Shown here piece after piece: positions 1-16,327 of a stretch of 64,000 nt of DNA. The number at the start of each line of letters is the position of its first letter. Position 1 is the stretch's first letter. A model generated the notes under the pieces. That model did no database searches and had not been told where the DNA came from. It worked only from the letters and a program-made list of their open reading frames with translations. Both the position numbers and the translations under genes were made by a program. This stretch comes from the human T2T-CHM13v2.0 reference genome, Homo sapiens, in NCBI RefSeq assembly GCF_009914755.1, contig NC_060940.1; one strand, given 5' to 3'.

Positions 1-308
1 CTCAAATTGCTGGAAACCACTGATGTTTCTACATTATAGTATTGCCTTTTCCAGATAGTCATACACTTAGAACCATACAATATATAGCCTTCTCATGCTG
101 GCTTCTTTTACTTAGCAATATACATTTAAGTCTTCTCCATGTCTTTTCTTAGCTTAATATCTGATTTCTTTTTAGTGCTGTATAATATTCCCTTGTCTGG
201 AAGTACCACAGTTTGTGTAGCCATTAACTTACTGAAGGATATCTTGGTTGCTTCCAAGTTTTGGCAGTTATGAATACAACTGTTATAAACAGCCATGTGC
301 AGGTTTTT
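1..308 (-). mobile_element. Old LINE-1 (L1MC/L1MD-type) 3' end fragment
   Basis: Antisense L1M 3'UTR motifs such as GGCTTCTTTTACTTAGCAATA and TTGGTTGCTTCCAAGTTTTGGCAGTTATGAATA. Confidence 0.7.
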
Positions 309-417
309 AAGGTTTTAACAAACTCTCTCTGGCAGTTTCTGTTTTTCCTCACTTTTCAAGCCCATGGACTATCTCCCAGTGCTGTTCATTTTAATATTCT
401 GCAGAGTACTTAAGCAT

Positions 418-495
418 TACAGAATATAGAAGCTGGAAGATACTTGGCAGTCATTTAGTCCCTCATGTTCTAGATGAGAAAACTGAAGCCCAGAT
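418..495 (-). mobile_element. MIR SINE fragment
   Basis: CTAGATGAGAAAACTGAAGCCCAGA resembles the MIR core. Confidence 0.55.
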
Positions 496-689
496 ACCTT
501 ATTATTTGTGCAGTCCCCCAATCTGAGTGTCAAATCCACCTCTCCCAGTTGTTTTCTGTTCAAATAACCCTGTGAACTTCAGTGAACCTCACTGACCACA
601 TCATTATTCACCAATAGTTCCCCAATAGATCCACTCTACATTAGCTCATTTCAAATGTTCTTTTTCCTTTCACGCACATACCATACAGT

Positions 690-2633
<1,944 letters not shown>

Positions 2634-2639
2634 AAGAAT

Positions 2640-5082
2640 TTATTTTTGAGTTGAATTTTTAAATATTAAAAAATTTTAAATATACAAACAAAAATTGTAT
2701 ATATTTGTAGTGTACAACCTGATGTTTTGAAATATGGATACACTGTGAAATGGCTAACTCAAGCTAATTAATACATGTGTTACCTCACATACTTATCATT
2801 TCTTTTGTGGTGAAAACACTTAAAATCTACTGTCCTAGCAATTTTCAAGTATGCAATACATTGTTATTAACTGTAGTCACCATGTTGTACAATAGGTCTC
2901 TTGAACTTGTTCTTCCTGCTTATCTTAATTTTTGTATCCTTTGACCAACATCTCCCCAGTTCTACCCTCCTTCCCCTCCCCTAATAACCATTATTCTCTT
3001 TTCTGCTTCTATGTGTTTGACTTTTTTAGATTCCACATATAAGCGAGATTACATGGCATTTATCTCTCTGTGCCTGGCTTATTTCACTTAATATAATGTC
3101 CTCCAGTTTCATCCATGTTATTACAAAAGACAGGATTTCTTTCTTTAAGGCTGAACAATATTTCATTATGTATATACACACCACATTTTCTTTAATCATT
3201 CATCTGTTAAAGGATACTTAGGTTGATTTCATATCTTGTCTATTGTGAATAATGTTGCAATGAACATGAGGTACAGATTTTTCTTTGACATATTGAATCA
3301 TTTTCTTTGGGTATATAAATAGTACTAGGATTGTTGGATCATACGGTAGTTTTATTTTTAACTTTCTGAGAAACCTCTATATTATTTTTCATAATGGCTG
3401 TACTAATTTACTTTCCTGCCAACAGTATACAAAGGCTCCCTTTTCTCCACATCCTCGCCAACACATGTTATCTTTTGTCTTTTTCATAGTAGCCATTCTA
3501 AAAGGGATGTCTCATTGTGGTTTTGATTTGTGTTTCTCTGATGACTGGTGATGTTGGTTATTTTTTCATATTCCTGTTGGCCATTTGTATGTCTTCTTTG
3601 GAAAAATGTTTATTCAGATACTTTGCCTCCCTTTCATTAATCAGGTTATATGTTTTCATGCTATTGAGTTGTATGAATGCTTTATATATTCTGGATATTA
3701 ATCCTTTATCAGATGTATGGCTTGCAAATATTTTCTCCCTTTTTGTAGGCTATCTCTTTACTCTATTGATTGCTCCCTTTGCTTGCACAGCTTTTTAGTT
3801 TGATATAATCCCGCTTGTCTATTTTTGCTTTTGTTGCCTGTGCTTTGGGGGTCATATCCAGAAAATCATTGCCCAGACCAGTCTCATGGAGCTTTTCCTG
3901 AATGTTTTCTTCTAGTAGATTTATGGTTTCAGGTTTTATATTTAAGTCTTTAGTCCATTTGTGTTTTTTTTTTTTTTTGTATATGGTATGAGATAAGGGT
4001 CTAATTTCATTTCTCTGCATGTGGAGTTCTCCCAACACCATTTATTGAAAAGATTGTCCTTTCCCCATTGTGTATTCTTGGCATATTTACTGAAAATCAA
4101 TTGGCCTTAAACGTGGATGTATTTTGAGGCTCTCTATTCTATTCCATTGGTCTACCAGTCTGTTCGTATGCCAGTATCATGTTATATTTTTGATTACTAT
4201 AGCATCATAGTATATTTTGAAACTGGATAATGTGATGCCTCCTACTTTGTTCTTTTTGCTCACAATTTGCTATTTGGAGTTTTTTGTGGTTTCACATGAA
4301 TTTGGGGACTTTTTTCTGTTTACATAAAAAATATCATTGGAATTTTGATGGAGATTACATTGAATCTGTAGATCACTTTGGGTACTAAGAACATTTTAAC
4401 AGCATGAATTCTTCTAATCCATGAAGATGGGATATATTTCCATTTATTTGTGTCTTCTTCAATTTCTTTCACCAATGTTTTATAGTTTTCAGTGTACAGG
4501 TCTTTCACCTCCTTCGTTAAATTAATTCCTAAGTATTTGTGTAGCCATTATAAATGAAATTGCTTTCTTGATTTCTTTTTCAGATAGTTCATTGTTAGTG
4601 TATACAGATGCTACTCATTTTTTTATGTTGATTTTGCATCCTGCAACTTTACTGAATTAATTTACTAGTTCCAACAGTTTTTTTTGGTGGACTCTTTAGG
4701 GTTTTCTACATTTAAGATCATGTTGTCTGCAGAGACAATTTCACTTCTTCCTTTCTGACTTTAATGCCTTTATTTCTTCTTCTTGGCTAATTGCTAGAAC
4801 TTGAATAGAAGTGGTGAAAATGGGCATCCATCTTGTTTCTGATCTTAGAGAAAAAGCTTTCAACTTTTTACCATTGAGTATGATGTTAGCTGTGGGCCTA
4901 TCATATATGCCTTTATTGTGTTATATGGATATTGATACCTAATTTGTTGAAAGTTTTTATTACAGAAAGATGTTGAATTTTGTCAAATGCTTTCTCTGCA
5001 TCCATGGAGATATTCATATAGTTTTTGTCCTTCATTCTGTTAATGTGTATATCACATTTATTGATTCATATATGTTGAACCG
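2640..5082 (-). mobile_element. L1MA (about L1MA7-9), 3'UTR plus 3' part of ORF2
   Basis: L1MA 3' end motifs; ORF2-like peptides [23 protein letters not shown] and DFLDMTPKAQATKAKIDKRDYIKLKS. Confidence 0.85.
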
Positions 5083-6330
5083 TCGTTGGGAGGATTTAAT
5101 CTACTGCTATCTTTCCATAGCTGAAGTAGGTTGCTATCATTTTTTACTTACATCCGCATCCTGAGTTGATCTTCCAATGAACAAGCTTAGCTTTTTCCCT
5201 CCTTTAGCAATATTGGAACTCCCACATAGGCAGAGTTGCCAGCTGAGGGAGAGAATCTATTGTCACAATTTGGATAATGTGGGGACCTGGATCACCTGAT
5301 CATACTGCTTACTTGTGTCCTCTAGTCTTTCTCATGCCCAATCCTTGATGTGATATGGTTTGGCTCTGTGTCCCTACAAAATCTCATCTCAAATTATAAT
5401 CCCCACATGTAGAGAGAGGAACCTGGTGGGAGGTGACTGGAACATGGGGACAGTTTCCCTCATGCTGTTCTCATGATATTGAGTGAGTTCTCATGAGAGT
5501 GGATAGTTTAAAAGTGTTTGGCACATCCCCCCTTGCTCTCTGTCTCTCCTGCTGCCTTCTGAAGAAGGTGCCTGCTTCACCTTTGCCTTTAGTCATAAGT
5601 GTAAGTTTCCTGAGACCTCTCCAGCCATATGGAACTGTGAGTCAATAAACCTCTTTTGTTTATTAATTACCCAGGCTTGGGTAGTTCTTTATAGCAATGT
5701 GAAAATGGACTAATTCAATGTGCTACTTCTATTTTATTATGATTTGTTGCTGGGCCAGCCTGTCCTTATGATCTGGTAGATCTAACAAAACCAAACCCAT
5801 GGTGGGAACTTTTAGCCACATGGTCACTTAATATTTGTTGTCAGATAATCCATCTCTACCTAGGTGCAGTAGCATGCTAGGAGCTATTAAAGTACACAAT
5901 TATGCTATATATTTATACAATATACAATTACTTGCAGAGAGCATGACCATGCTAGTGAACCCCACAAGACTATGTGTGAATCGTCTATTAGGGTTTGCTA
6001 TAAACTCTACATGGTGCTTTTTCCAACTGCATATACTTCTAATACCATAGAGCCTACTAGAGTGTATGGCTCAAACAGTAGGGCTGCTTGCCCTGTATCC
6101 TGGACCTGCTGCAGAGGCCTTTTCTGCCCTAAGCTTTTGTCAAAGGTGGAAGCCTTCTGTGTCACTCAGCAAATGTGTCAGAACAGTATTCCTTAGTATA
6201 GGGGGACCAATGGGCCCCCTAAAATCTTCTGCGACTGATGTCACAGGTCCTTAAATCTTCAGATGATTTTCTCTCTCAGGGATGCATGTGTCTCACTAGG
6301 CCATCCAACATGCTATTTCTTACCCAGTCT
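5083..6330 (-). mobile_element. Degenerate ERVL pol (RT/RNase H region), continuation of the 690-2322 element, interrupted by THE1D
   Basis: Minus-strand peptides LVRHMHP, LQQVQDTGQAALLFEPY, LDLPDHKDRLAQQQIIIK and IKDWA..EDTSK follow the order of HERV-L pol motifs. Confidence 0.7.
5351..5717 (+). mobile_element. THE1D (MaLR) solo LTR
   Basis: Starts TGATATGGTTTGGCTCTGTGTCC and ends GAAAATGGACTAATTCA; ~367 bp; ATGTG occurs on both flanks, overlapping the LTR TG on the left. Confidence 0.85.
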
Positions 6331-6489
6331 ATTTTAACTGGTAAATAAAATGGACAAATGTAACATGCTACAGAATGTCCAGACAGCTCACGTCTCTGGA
6401 CTACATTAGGACAGAGAGTCAAAGAACTAATATACATCTTGGACAAGTCTCTAAATGCATGCTGTTGTCTTTCCCATGAATGTGAATTG

Positions 6490-6970
6490 CTTCTGGTAAA
6501 TTTCACTCTAAGTACTGCTTCAGTTATTTTACATATATAATGATTGGTAATCTTTTCATTTTAATTCAATTTTAAGCATGTTCTAATTTTTGTTATAATT
6601 TCTTCTTGCTTCCATGAATCATTTGGAAGCTGTTTGTAGTTTCTAAAATTCATGGATTACTTTTGGACAAGTTTTTGTTATTGATTTCTAATAGTGCTAT
6701 TACACATTTGTTATACCAATGTAAACATTTGATACTACCTTTAGGCCTAATATCTGGTCAATTTTTATAAATACTCCAAGTGTGCTTGAAAAGAATAGAA
6801 ATTCTTTAACTGTTGATTAGCCTTACTAATTTTACGTTTATTTATTCAATTACCAAAGATGAAATGTTAAAATCTCTCACTGTGTAGATTTTTTTATTGC
6901 TCTTTCCAATTCTAATTTTGGCTTTATTTATTTTGAGACTACATTATTAGGTATCCACAATTTTATAAAA
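6490..6970 (-). mobile_element. Old L1M ORF2 (endonuclease-region) fragment
   Basis: GGCCTAATATCTGGTCAATTTTTATAAAT..GTGTGCTTGAAAAGAAT is typical antisense L1M sequence. Confidence 0.55.
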
Positions 6971-8444
6971 ATTAAGAAAAAATTAGAAAAGTTTAGAAAA
7001 AAATTAGAAAAATATAGAAAATGATGTGACAGAAGCACACATGGGCTTTATCTGGATGATCTCTTGTCAGGTTTGTATCCTGGGGAAGGCCTTCACAGCA
7101 AGAGATGGACCAGAGGTTTGAGACAAGGGGGCCACCACTCAGAAGGGGAGGAGGGCAAAGGAACTCCTGAGGGAGGAAAGTATCAGAGAGGAGGCTTTCA
7201 TGTCTCAGTGATATCACTCAGCAGCATGGCATGGAGTCTGTAGTTCACAGAGTTCCAAAGAGCAGAAGCAGCTTGGGGTCTTTACAGCCTAGAGTTTATC
7301 TGTGGCAAGCAGATTTTGGATGTAGTTTCCCAGGGCATGTAAATCAGGCAGGCTCTAAATGCCTACAAATCTGCATGTCTGGGCTATGTTTAACACAATT
7401 GGATGTTTAAAAATTTGAGTTTGGTGCCAGTTGGTTTTTGAGCTAATGGGTTTCAGCTTGCTGTGAAGAAATAACCTAGGCGCCAATACACAGAGGCCAT
7501 CCTTGTCTCATTTACATTATATGCAGTGACTCTATCCTTTTTTGCTCACAATTGTTTTATTCATTTCTTTTAGATTTGTTTACTTTACTGAGATTATTTG
7601 GTAGGTAAGATTTCAGTTTATTGTAGTTTGCTAATTCATTATTCAAAGTGTTCTAATAAAAATTTTGTTCCATCCTTAATCCCCATTTAAACAAAGCTGC
7701 TGTGGGTAAGGTCATCAATGGCCTTTGTGTTATCAAATCCATTTTGTTAACAAAATTTTAATGTTTAAAATTTTCTTATGTGTACACATGTTTAATTTAT
7801 GTAATTTCAAAACGGGGTATCATACATGGAATTTGGTAGTTTTCTTTCCTTTTTTTGTTCACTTACTCTGTTTTTTAATGCTTTACTGTAACCCACAATG
7901 CAGTGTCCCCAATATTTATTATGTATAACTGATATTCACATAAAACATATTTTGTCATTAAGTGTTATCTTTTTCCACATAGGTGTTCCTGTCTTTAGTC
8001 TTCTATTTTCTCTCTCTCCCGCTTCTCTCCCACCCTTCCTCTCTCCATTTATGTACGTATTTAAATCATTTTAAAAATCATTTTATGTATCAGTTCAAAG
8101 CCTTCAGTGTAAATTGAGGGTCCAATTTTGTTTTCTTTGAATTGTTTATTTTCATATATTAATTTTTCATCTACATGTAGATTCTCAATTTTTTACTACT
8201 CTTGCTTATTCTTAATTAATACAATTGTTTTTCTTAATTGATCAATTCCAATAGTTCTATAGTAGGTGCTGATATCTGGTGAGAAAAGTTCCTCTCAATA
8301 GTCTTTTTTTGGGTAAAATGTTCTGACTATTCTTCTACATGAACTTTAAGATAATTTAATCCAATTTTAAAATGCTTTTGTGATTCTAATGTGAATTTAA
8401 TTGAATTTATATATAATTTTAGGAGATTTATGTTTTTACAAGAG

Positions 8445-8728
8445 TTTTGTTTGTGTTTTTGAGACAGGGTCTCACTTTGTCACCCAGGCAGGAGTGCAGT
8501 TGTGGTATCTCAGCTCACTGAAGCCCCAAACTCCCACCTCAGCCTCCCAAGTACCTGGTTCTATAAGCATGCGCCAAGCCCAAATAGTTTTTTGTTTTGT
8601 TTTGTTTTGTTTAGATATAGCGTTTCACAATTTGCCGAAGCTGGTCTTGAACTCCTGGGCTCAAGCAGTCCTCCTGCCTCAGCCTCCCAAAGTGCTGGGA
8701 TTACAGGTATGAGCCACTGCACCTAGCC
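8445..8728 (-). mobile_element. AluJ
   Basis: GAGACAGGGTCTCACT and CTCCTGGGCTCAAGCAGTCCTCC J-type motifs. Confidence 0.85.
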
Positions 8729-9481
8729 CCATGTGTTTCTTATTTAATAGCTTTTGTTAACATTTTTATAGTTTTTTTCTTGTAGATCTTCTTTCTTGGT
8801 AAATTTATTTTACCTTTATTATTTTTGTTATTGTGAATATTTTTACCATTAGCATTTCAAGGTGCTTATTGCTAATGTATTTTGTATTATGATCTTATTT
8901 CCAAATACCTTACCAATATTCCTCTTTAAAATATTTGAAAGTTCTGTTTTTCCTAATCTCTATGATTTGCTAGGCATATAATCATATCCACAAAAAGTTT
9001 TCTCTATATTTATACTGACTATTTCATTTAAAAATCTTGTTACATTCATGGATCCTCCAAGATAATCTTTAATAACAAATAATGACAGCAGCTATTCCTA
9101 CTGGTTCCTTGTTTTAATTGAAATGTTCCTTTATGATTTAAAATACTTGTTTTGTAGGCATTTCATAAATAACGGCTATGTTTAGACACTTTCTTTCAAT
9201 TTCTATTTTACTCAAGAATCTTCATTAGGAGTGGAAGTTTAATCTTAACAATAGCCCTCTCAGCATCTATTGATATAATCACATTTTCCTCTTCTTTGAT
9301 GTCAATTATGTAATTGTGTTAATATACTTAACTGATATTGAAATACCCATGAATTCCTGAAATACAATGCTCTTTGCATACTGTATTACTCTTTTTTGTT
9401 GTTGCAATTATTGATAACAGTGCTGGGTTTTTATTTAGAATATTCATTCACATGTATAAGTCAGATTGGTCTATAGTTTTG

Positions 9482-9761
9482 GTTTTTTTGTTTGTTTTTT
9501 TTTGTTTTGAGATGGAGACTTGCTCTGTCACCCAGGCTGGAGTGCAGTGGCGTGATCTTGGCTCACTGCAACCTCTGCCTCCTGGGTTCAAGCTGGGATT
9601 ACAGACATGCACCACCATGCTGGGCTAATTTTTGGATTTTTAGTAGAGACGGGGTTTCACCATATTGTTCAGGCTGGTCTTGAACTCCTGATCTTAAGTG
9701 ATCCACCTGCCTTGGCTTCCCAAAGTGCTGGGATTACAGGTGTAAGCCATGGCACCTGGCC
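9482..9761 (-). mobile_element. AluS with ~30 bp internal deletion
   Basis: TTCAAGC joined directly to TGGGATTACAG (AGC microhomology); flanking repeat TATAGTTTTG. Confidence 0.9.
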
Positions 9762-10054
9762 TATAGTTTTGTCTTATGTTTATCAGGTTTTCATATTAAT
9801 GCTGCACTGCCTATGTGAAATGAATTGGTTTTTCTTTTTTAAAAAAAATTTGGGATACTTTAAATAACATTGGAATTATCCTTCTTGCAACCCTAGTACT
9901 TTTTAAATTATGGATTTAAAAAATCACTTTACATTCTCTTCTTTGTAACTGGTCTACTAACATTTTCAATTTCTTCTTGGATTAGTTTTGGTCATTTATA
10001 TTTTTCCAGAAAATTACCCATTTTCTCTAGATTTTCCAATGTGTGGTCATATAG

Positions 10055-10397
<343 letters not shown>

Positions 10398-11040
10398 CTC
10401 AAAGAGAATCTTTCTACCTTCATCTTATTTTACTTCTTGGTAGCATTCTACAGAGTTGAAGATTGTACTTGTGAGTTTTGAGTTTCTTGATTTGTTGAAT
10501 GGATGTGATTAATTTATATCTTTAGTGTGATCATGCAGAGAAATGTATGAGAGATAGTGATGGAAAATTACAGGAAATCTGAAAATTTAATAAATTGTTG
10601 GCATTTTTATTTTCTCACTAGTACAGGGTTCATCTCAGTAATTATGAAATGTACTACCCTTTTCTCCTTTTCTATCTTATTTTGGAAAATTACAGCCTTA
10701 TAATAGAGATCAGAAACGTGTTAACATTATGGCTGATCTATCTGACAACAGTGTTCTAAGAAAACAGTATCACAAATATACTTTCTCACCATAATTGTTC
10801 AAAACAGAAATTTTGTAAGCAAAGAATCAAGCATTTAAACCAAAGGAAAGTTAGAGTGATGTCATCTCTGGTTGAAAAACACAGTCTTTCTGAACAGATT
10901 TTCAATGTCCTTCAAGACCACAACTAATATAAAATTACAGAATACATTTGCTAATAATATGAACTGTACACTTTTTATATGAAAATGATGCTTGCTACAA
11001 CATGACTTAACTAAACTGGATTTCTGCAAAAGATAAAACA

Positions 11041-11325
11041 CCAGGCATGGTTGCTCACACCTGCAATCCCAGCACTTTGGGAGTGCTGAGGCAGGGAGGA
11101 TCACTTGAGTCCAGGACTTCGAGACCAGCCTGGGTAACATAGTGAGACTCTGTCTCTTAGGAAAGTAAAAAATTAGCCGGGCATGATGAAGCATGACTGT
11201 AGTCTCAGCTACTTGGGAGGCTGAGGTGGGAGGATCACTTCAGCACAAGAGGCTGAGGCTGTGGTGAGGTACGATTACGCCCCCGCACTCCAGCCTGGAT
11301 GACAGGGCCAGACTTTGTCTCAAAA
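11041..11325 (+). mobile_element. AluJ
   Basis: GGAGGATCACTTGAGTCCAGGA and AACATAGTGAGAC J-type motifs. Confidence 0.85.
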
Positions 11326-12541
11326 TATATGAAAGTAGATAAAATTAGTTTACTTGCTGAACATAATCAAATATAGCAACTTTCCAGTAAAAGACTATTA
11401 GGACAAACTATGTTAACACAACCTCAGATGATGCAGCATAGTTAAAACAAAACAAAACAGCTTTGGGCATATTCTATACTCCAACCTCTGTGGTGCAAAG
11501 GGACTATATGGCCAACTAGGTGTTGAGGCAGTCACAGAACTGCTGCACATGTGGTTTTTAAACAAGATTTTTAATTCCCCCTAAAGTGGAAGAAGTCATC
11601 TAACAAAATTTATTATGACTTAAATTGCTACTTCTTTATTTAGTTTTTCTCAAACTTTAACAAAATAAATTATGTAGTAAATTATAGTCATTAAGCTTGA
11701 AAAATGTTTCAATTGAATGGGAAAACTTCCTGTGATAAAGCCTCCAATCATCAAGGAATAAGTCAATATATTTTACACATAAATTTTCCAACATGTTAAG
11801 CACTAAGCTTTTAACTAAATAGCTAAGGGGAAATTGTTGCCACTGAATGCAACACATATACTGCCTTTTTAAATAACACCTACTACTTATCTTGATTCCA
11901 ATTCATCACTAAACATCACTTGTATAATTTGATCACAGTGATGTCCTCAGAGACGGTTGTATGCAGAATCCTATAAATTGTCTCAAGCTGCTATGTTTTT
12001 AATGTTCACCTTAAGTTTATTTTTGTTCCCATGCCTTGCTGTCAGCTGTCACATTTTATAGTTCACCCCTTCTGCAAGACCCTTTCGATACTTGTGATTT
12101 GTTAGGAAGCAGAAATCAGATAACCTAACTTGTTAGAATTCTATGTGAAGTAAGAATAAGTAGACTCTGGGTAGCTGCTGCCTCTACCATTAAAAATTTT
12201 TAAAAAGGAAGACTTTTCAATTACCACTTAATTTGAACTTGACTTACCTAGACTACTATTAGTCGATATTAGTTTAACAGAGGGAAAATTGTTAATAATG
12301 TAGATCTAATATGTAAACACATATATCATTCCCTTGTTCTGGATCTATCAATGATTTCATACTTTGACTATATCTAAATTATCTGCTTTTCCTGGCCTTC
12401 AAAGTGGTCTTTAATTCAGTCCTGCTTTCCATGGGTTAAATTTCCTACAATGCTGAGATGTTTATATTGGTTTCCTCCTGTCCTATGAACTTTGTACTGA
12501 TTTCTGCCCCAATAAATTTGATTATATGAAGAAAAAAATAC

Positions 12542-12830
<289 letters not shown>

Positions 12831-14622
12831 AGACAATGAGGCAATCACTTCTGAATAAAGTACAAGCATTAGTAACATCTCCCCTGGTCTCTCCAGATTG
12901 GTTATGCTGCCACAACTGAATTCTAAATGGGTTAAGTGTTATACAATTAGTTAAGTTTCTTTGGTAGGTATCAAATAAAACATCCACCTAAATTCTTAAG
13001 AACCTTGTTAAATAGTGCAATTTACAAACTCTTTATACAGATTCTGATAGCACATTTCTATTGGAAGACTATGGAATCACAATGAGGAAGGTAGTACTAT
13101 ATAGATCAGCAGCTGGCTTAATTGGCTTCCTGTAACTTATTAACAAATTAGGTTACAAAATACAAAGGCAACTTAATGAATCATCATATTTGGCATTGAA
13201 CTCAAAGCTGAATTGTGTGAATTGTGAGATGCTTTCCATAATTCAACTTGCTTAATTACCCATATGAATTAATCATTCATACCTCAAGCCTGCTAACACT
13301 TTTGGATACCTGATGTTTATGTAATGGTGGTGCTCATTTGCTGAGTAAGGCATGAGTAGTTTCCTAGGTAAGCAGAAGTAGCCGTCAAAACAATCATAAT
13401 GTGACACAGTAACAACAAGGCTGTATTTTGAAGGCTCTAGAAACCCAAGACGTATTTCAAGAGTCAAGTTACTTTTTTTTTCCTTTACCACTTATCCTCA
13501 AGTTCTACAAGTTACTTATACTGTATCAATTCAAATACATTTGGTTATTAGATATCTATTTTTTAAAGATGGACAAGATAAAATTGTGTAAATTTACAAG
13601 AAGTAATGGAAACTGCTAATAATGCTTATTTAAAAGAGTTATTAAAGCAACAGCTTACTACCAACTGTAGGCTTCTGAAAAATTTGCACAGGTGGGAAAA
13701 GATATGGGCATAGCATATTTTAACAACTGAAAATGTGGCAGGGAAAAAGTCTTTATTCTGAGAGTATAACCATCTTACTTTTGGGGTATTAAAATTACCT
13801 TTTATGAGATAATTCATTTTCAATGTTATTTGACAAAATTCAAAGTTGGTCATTCATTTTAGTCGCCTCATTTTTAGTAAATTTGCCTCCTGTAAAATCT
13901 AAGTTATGGGAACGACTAGAACATGTGTGAAAGCAAGTTGCTGTGAGACACAGTGACAGATTTTACAAAAAGAAAAGCATTTCATGACCACAGACCAGGA
14001 TATCCAAAATTTTGGTGAGCTGGATTTTTTCCAAAGTCTGGTGACCAACTGTGGAAAAATAATTGGTTAATCTGACAGTGAGGTCCCTTAACAGTGTTGA
14101 AGAAAATGTATCTAAAAAAGTGCCCAGAGTCAAAGAAGTGAGAGCAATGCTGTATTTATCCCCCACTGACATGTGAGGAAAGAGCAATAATTTTGGACAT
14201 ACACCTTGTAAAACTTCTCAGAAACCAGACTACATTTCTAACTCTAAAATACATGCTGCTGGTCATGAAGATGTTCTGATCATATAATTGAACCTACTGA
14301 CATTACATGTAATAAATTAAAAACACAAGTACCATGCTTAGTGTACTGTCTGGTACATACGAGTTCTCAATAACAATTAGTTTTATTTCTAGAAGGATTA
14401 CCTCTGCCTCTTGTACCTTCTTATAAAAAGAAAGCAAAGTGAACTGAATAAATTGTATCTTAAATAGACTAAAGAAAAGCTTTTGTATTTGTCTTTTCTC
14501 AACTAAGCAGTTTCCATAGTGCCTAGCAAGGTCTCAGAAATGTACTCAGTGAAGAGGGTTAAATGGTAACTCTTTCAGAACAGAAAGGATTCCCTACAGA
14601 GTCCAGCAGAGGCAGAGCACTA

Positions 14623-14730
14623 TTTTGCCCAGCCTGGCCTTGAACTCCTGGGCTCCGGCACTGCAGCCATCCTCCCACCTCAATCTTCCCAGCAGTTGGG
14701 ACTACAGGCCTGTGCCATGGCACCTGGCTA
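14623..14730 (-). mobile_element. Alu monomer fragment (FAM/FRAM-like)
   Basis: TTGCCCAGCCTGGCCTTGAACTCCTGGGCTC..TGGGACTACAGGC. Confidence 0.65.
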
Positions 14731-14851
14731 AGGATAGCTATTATGAGAGTAGTAATGTAAGATGAAACTAAAAAGACTCATAATAGTAGGATTAAAAAGC
14801 ACAAAAATTTTAAAGATTCTCCGGTACATTTATTTCACAAACTTTTTTGTA

Positions 14852-15106
14852 CAGTTGACCCTTACACATGGGTTTGAACTGGGTGGGTACACTTATGCGC
14901 ATACTTTTTTCAATCAAATGCAGGTGAGGTCACACAGATCAGCATTTGTGCGTGGGATGTGAAACTCATGTGTATGGAGGGTCAATTGGAGGGCCAACTT
15001 TTCTACATATGGGTTCTGCAAGACTTTCTGTGAGACTTGAGTATGGGCAGATTTTGGTATATGTGTGGCCCTGGAACTAGTCCCCAGTGTATACAAGGGA
15101 TGACTG
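14852..15106. mobile_element. MER8-like TcMar-Tigger non-autonomous DNA transposon
   Basis: Terminal inverted repeats CAGTTGACCCTT..AAGGGATGACTG flanked by TA on both sides. Confidence 0.8.
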
Positions 15107-15505
15107 TATTTTAATGGTTTATAGTGTTAAAAAGAGAAAAATGTCCACGTAACCACAATTTTGAACACTGAACTATTTTAATATGAATTAATATGTCTTA
15201 TATTTATTACCAATTGATCTTCAAATTGCAGCAGCCCATGAGTTAGGTTGTAAGTGTTCTTGCCATTCCACCCCAGCTCTCACTGAGTCAGTTTAAAATA
15301 TACACACATAGAAGCAGACACAAGCCTTTTGTAAAGTAAACAAATCTTTTTTACTGTAAATAACTGTTCCTCAATGGAACTTTTTGTATCCAGTTTACTC
15401 TTTTCTAAAGCTGGGATATTCATATTAAATACCCAACAACCTCTATAAAGCAAAGAGTCTATCTCTGTGAAAACACAAGTAATTCTTGATGGCAATATTT
15501 TTCTT

Positions 15506-15785
15506 TTTTTTTTTTTTTTTTTTTGAGACGGAGTCTCGCTGTCGCCCAGGCTGGAGCTCACTGCACACTCCGCCCCCCGGGGTTCACGCCATTCTCCTGC
15601 CTCAGCCTCCCGAGTAGCTGGGACTACAGGCGCCCGCCACCTCGCCCGGCTAATTTTTTGTATTTTTAGTAGAGACGGGGTTTCACCGTGTTAGCCAGGA
15701 TGGTCTTGATCTCCTGACCTTATGATCCGCCCGCCTCGGCCTCCCAAAGTGCTGGGATTACAGGCGTGAGCCACAGCGCCCGGCC
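15506..15785 (-). mobile_element. Young AluY (AluYe5-like) with ~19 bp deletion
   Basis: CpG-rich; diagnostics CCGCCCCCCGGGGTTCAC, CCACCTCGCCCGG, CTCGCTGTCGCCC; perfect 13 bp TSD CAATATTTTTCTT (15493-15505 and 15786-15798). Confidence 0.85.
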
Positions 15786-16237
15786 CAATATTTTTCTTAA
15801 TTCACCTAAACAAATGCAGTTTGGAAGGCCAAAAGGAGAAAAAAACACTTCAGATTATCAAAACCAAAAGAGATATGAAAAAATAACATATTTAACAATG
15901 TAGGTGGGAATTTTAAATACAAGATCCTGTTGAAAATATTGATATTCAAAGAAACAAACAGCTTTGGATCCATAGCCACAATTTAGGTTTTCCTAGATTA
16001 AAATCAGAAGTGATTTTATTGTTGGAAGATACATTAATTCTTTGACATCAGAATAAGAGGCTTGACAATTTAATTTCTAATTAAGAGACTGAATAGACAA
16101 AGGATCAAATACAAACAGTAGTGCAGGAAGAAAATAAATTGGAAGAAATATTTGTTCAACCAGTAGTAATAATTAAGACCACCATTTTAAAATTTTCTAT
16201 ACACAAAGAATGAGAAAATATTGTTATAATATTATTA

Positions 16238-16327
16238 TTATACTTCTTTCTTTTTCAGTATTAGTGGACCCACATTATCTCCTGTCAGTTCATTGTGTTT
16301 ATTATGTGAATCATCATGGGCAGGAAA
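16238..16327 (-). pseudogene. CISD2: Coding part of CISD2 exon 3 paralog (aa 107-135), CDGSH motif altered to HDDSH
   Basis: Hand translation gives [29 protein letters not shown]; the CISD2 C-terminus is [29 protein letters not shown]. Confidence 0.93.

Noticed and set aside
7020-7520. Possible additional LTR or regulatory element
   Set aside because: It is a more GC-rich island between old L1 pieces, but I cannot match it to a family or show termini.
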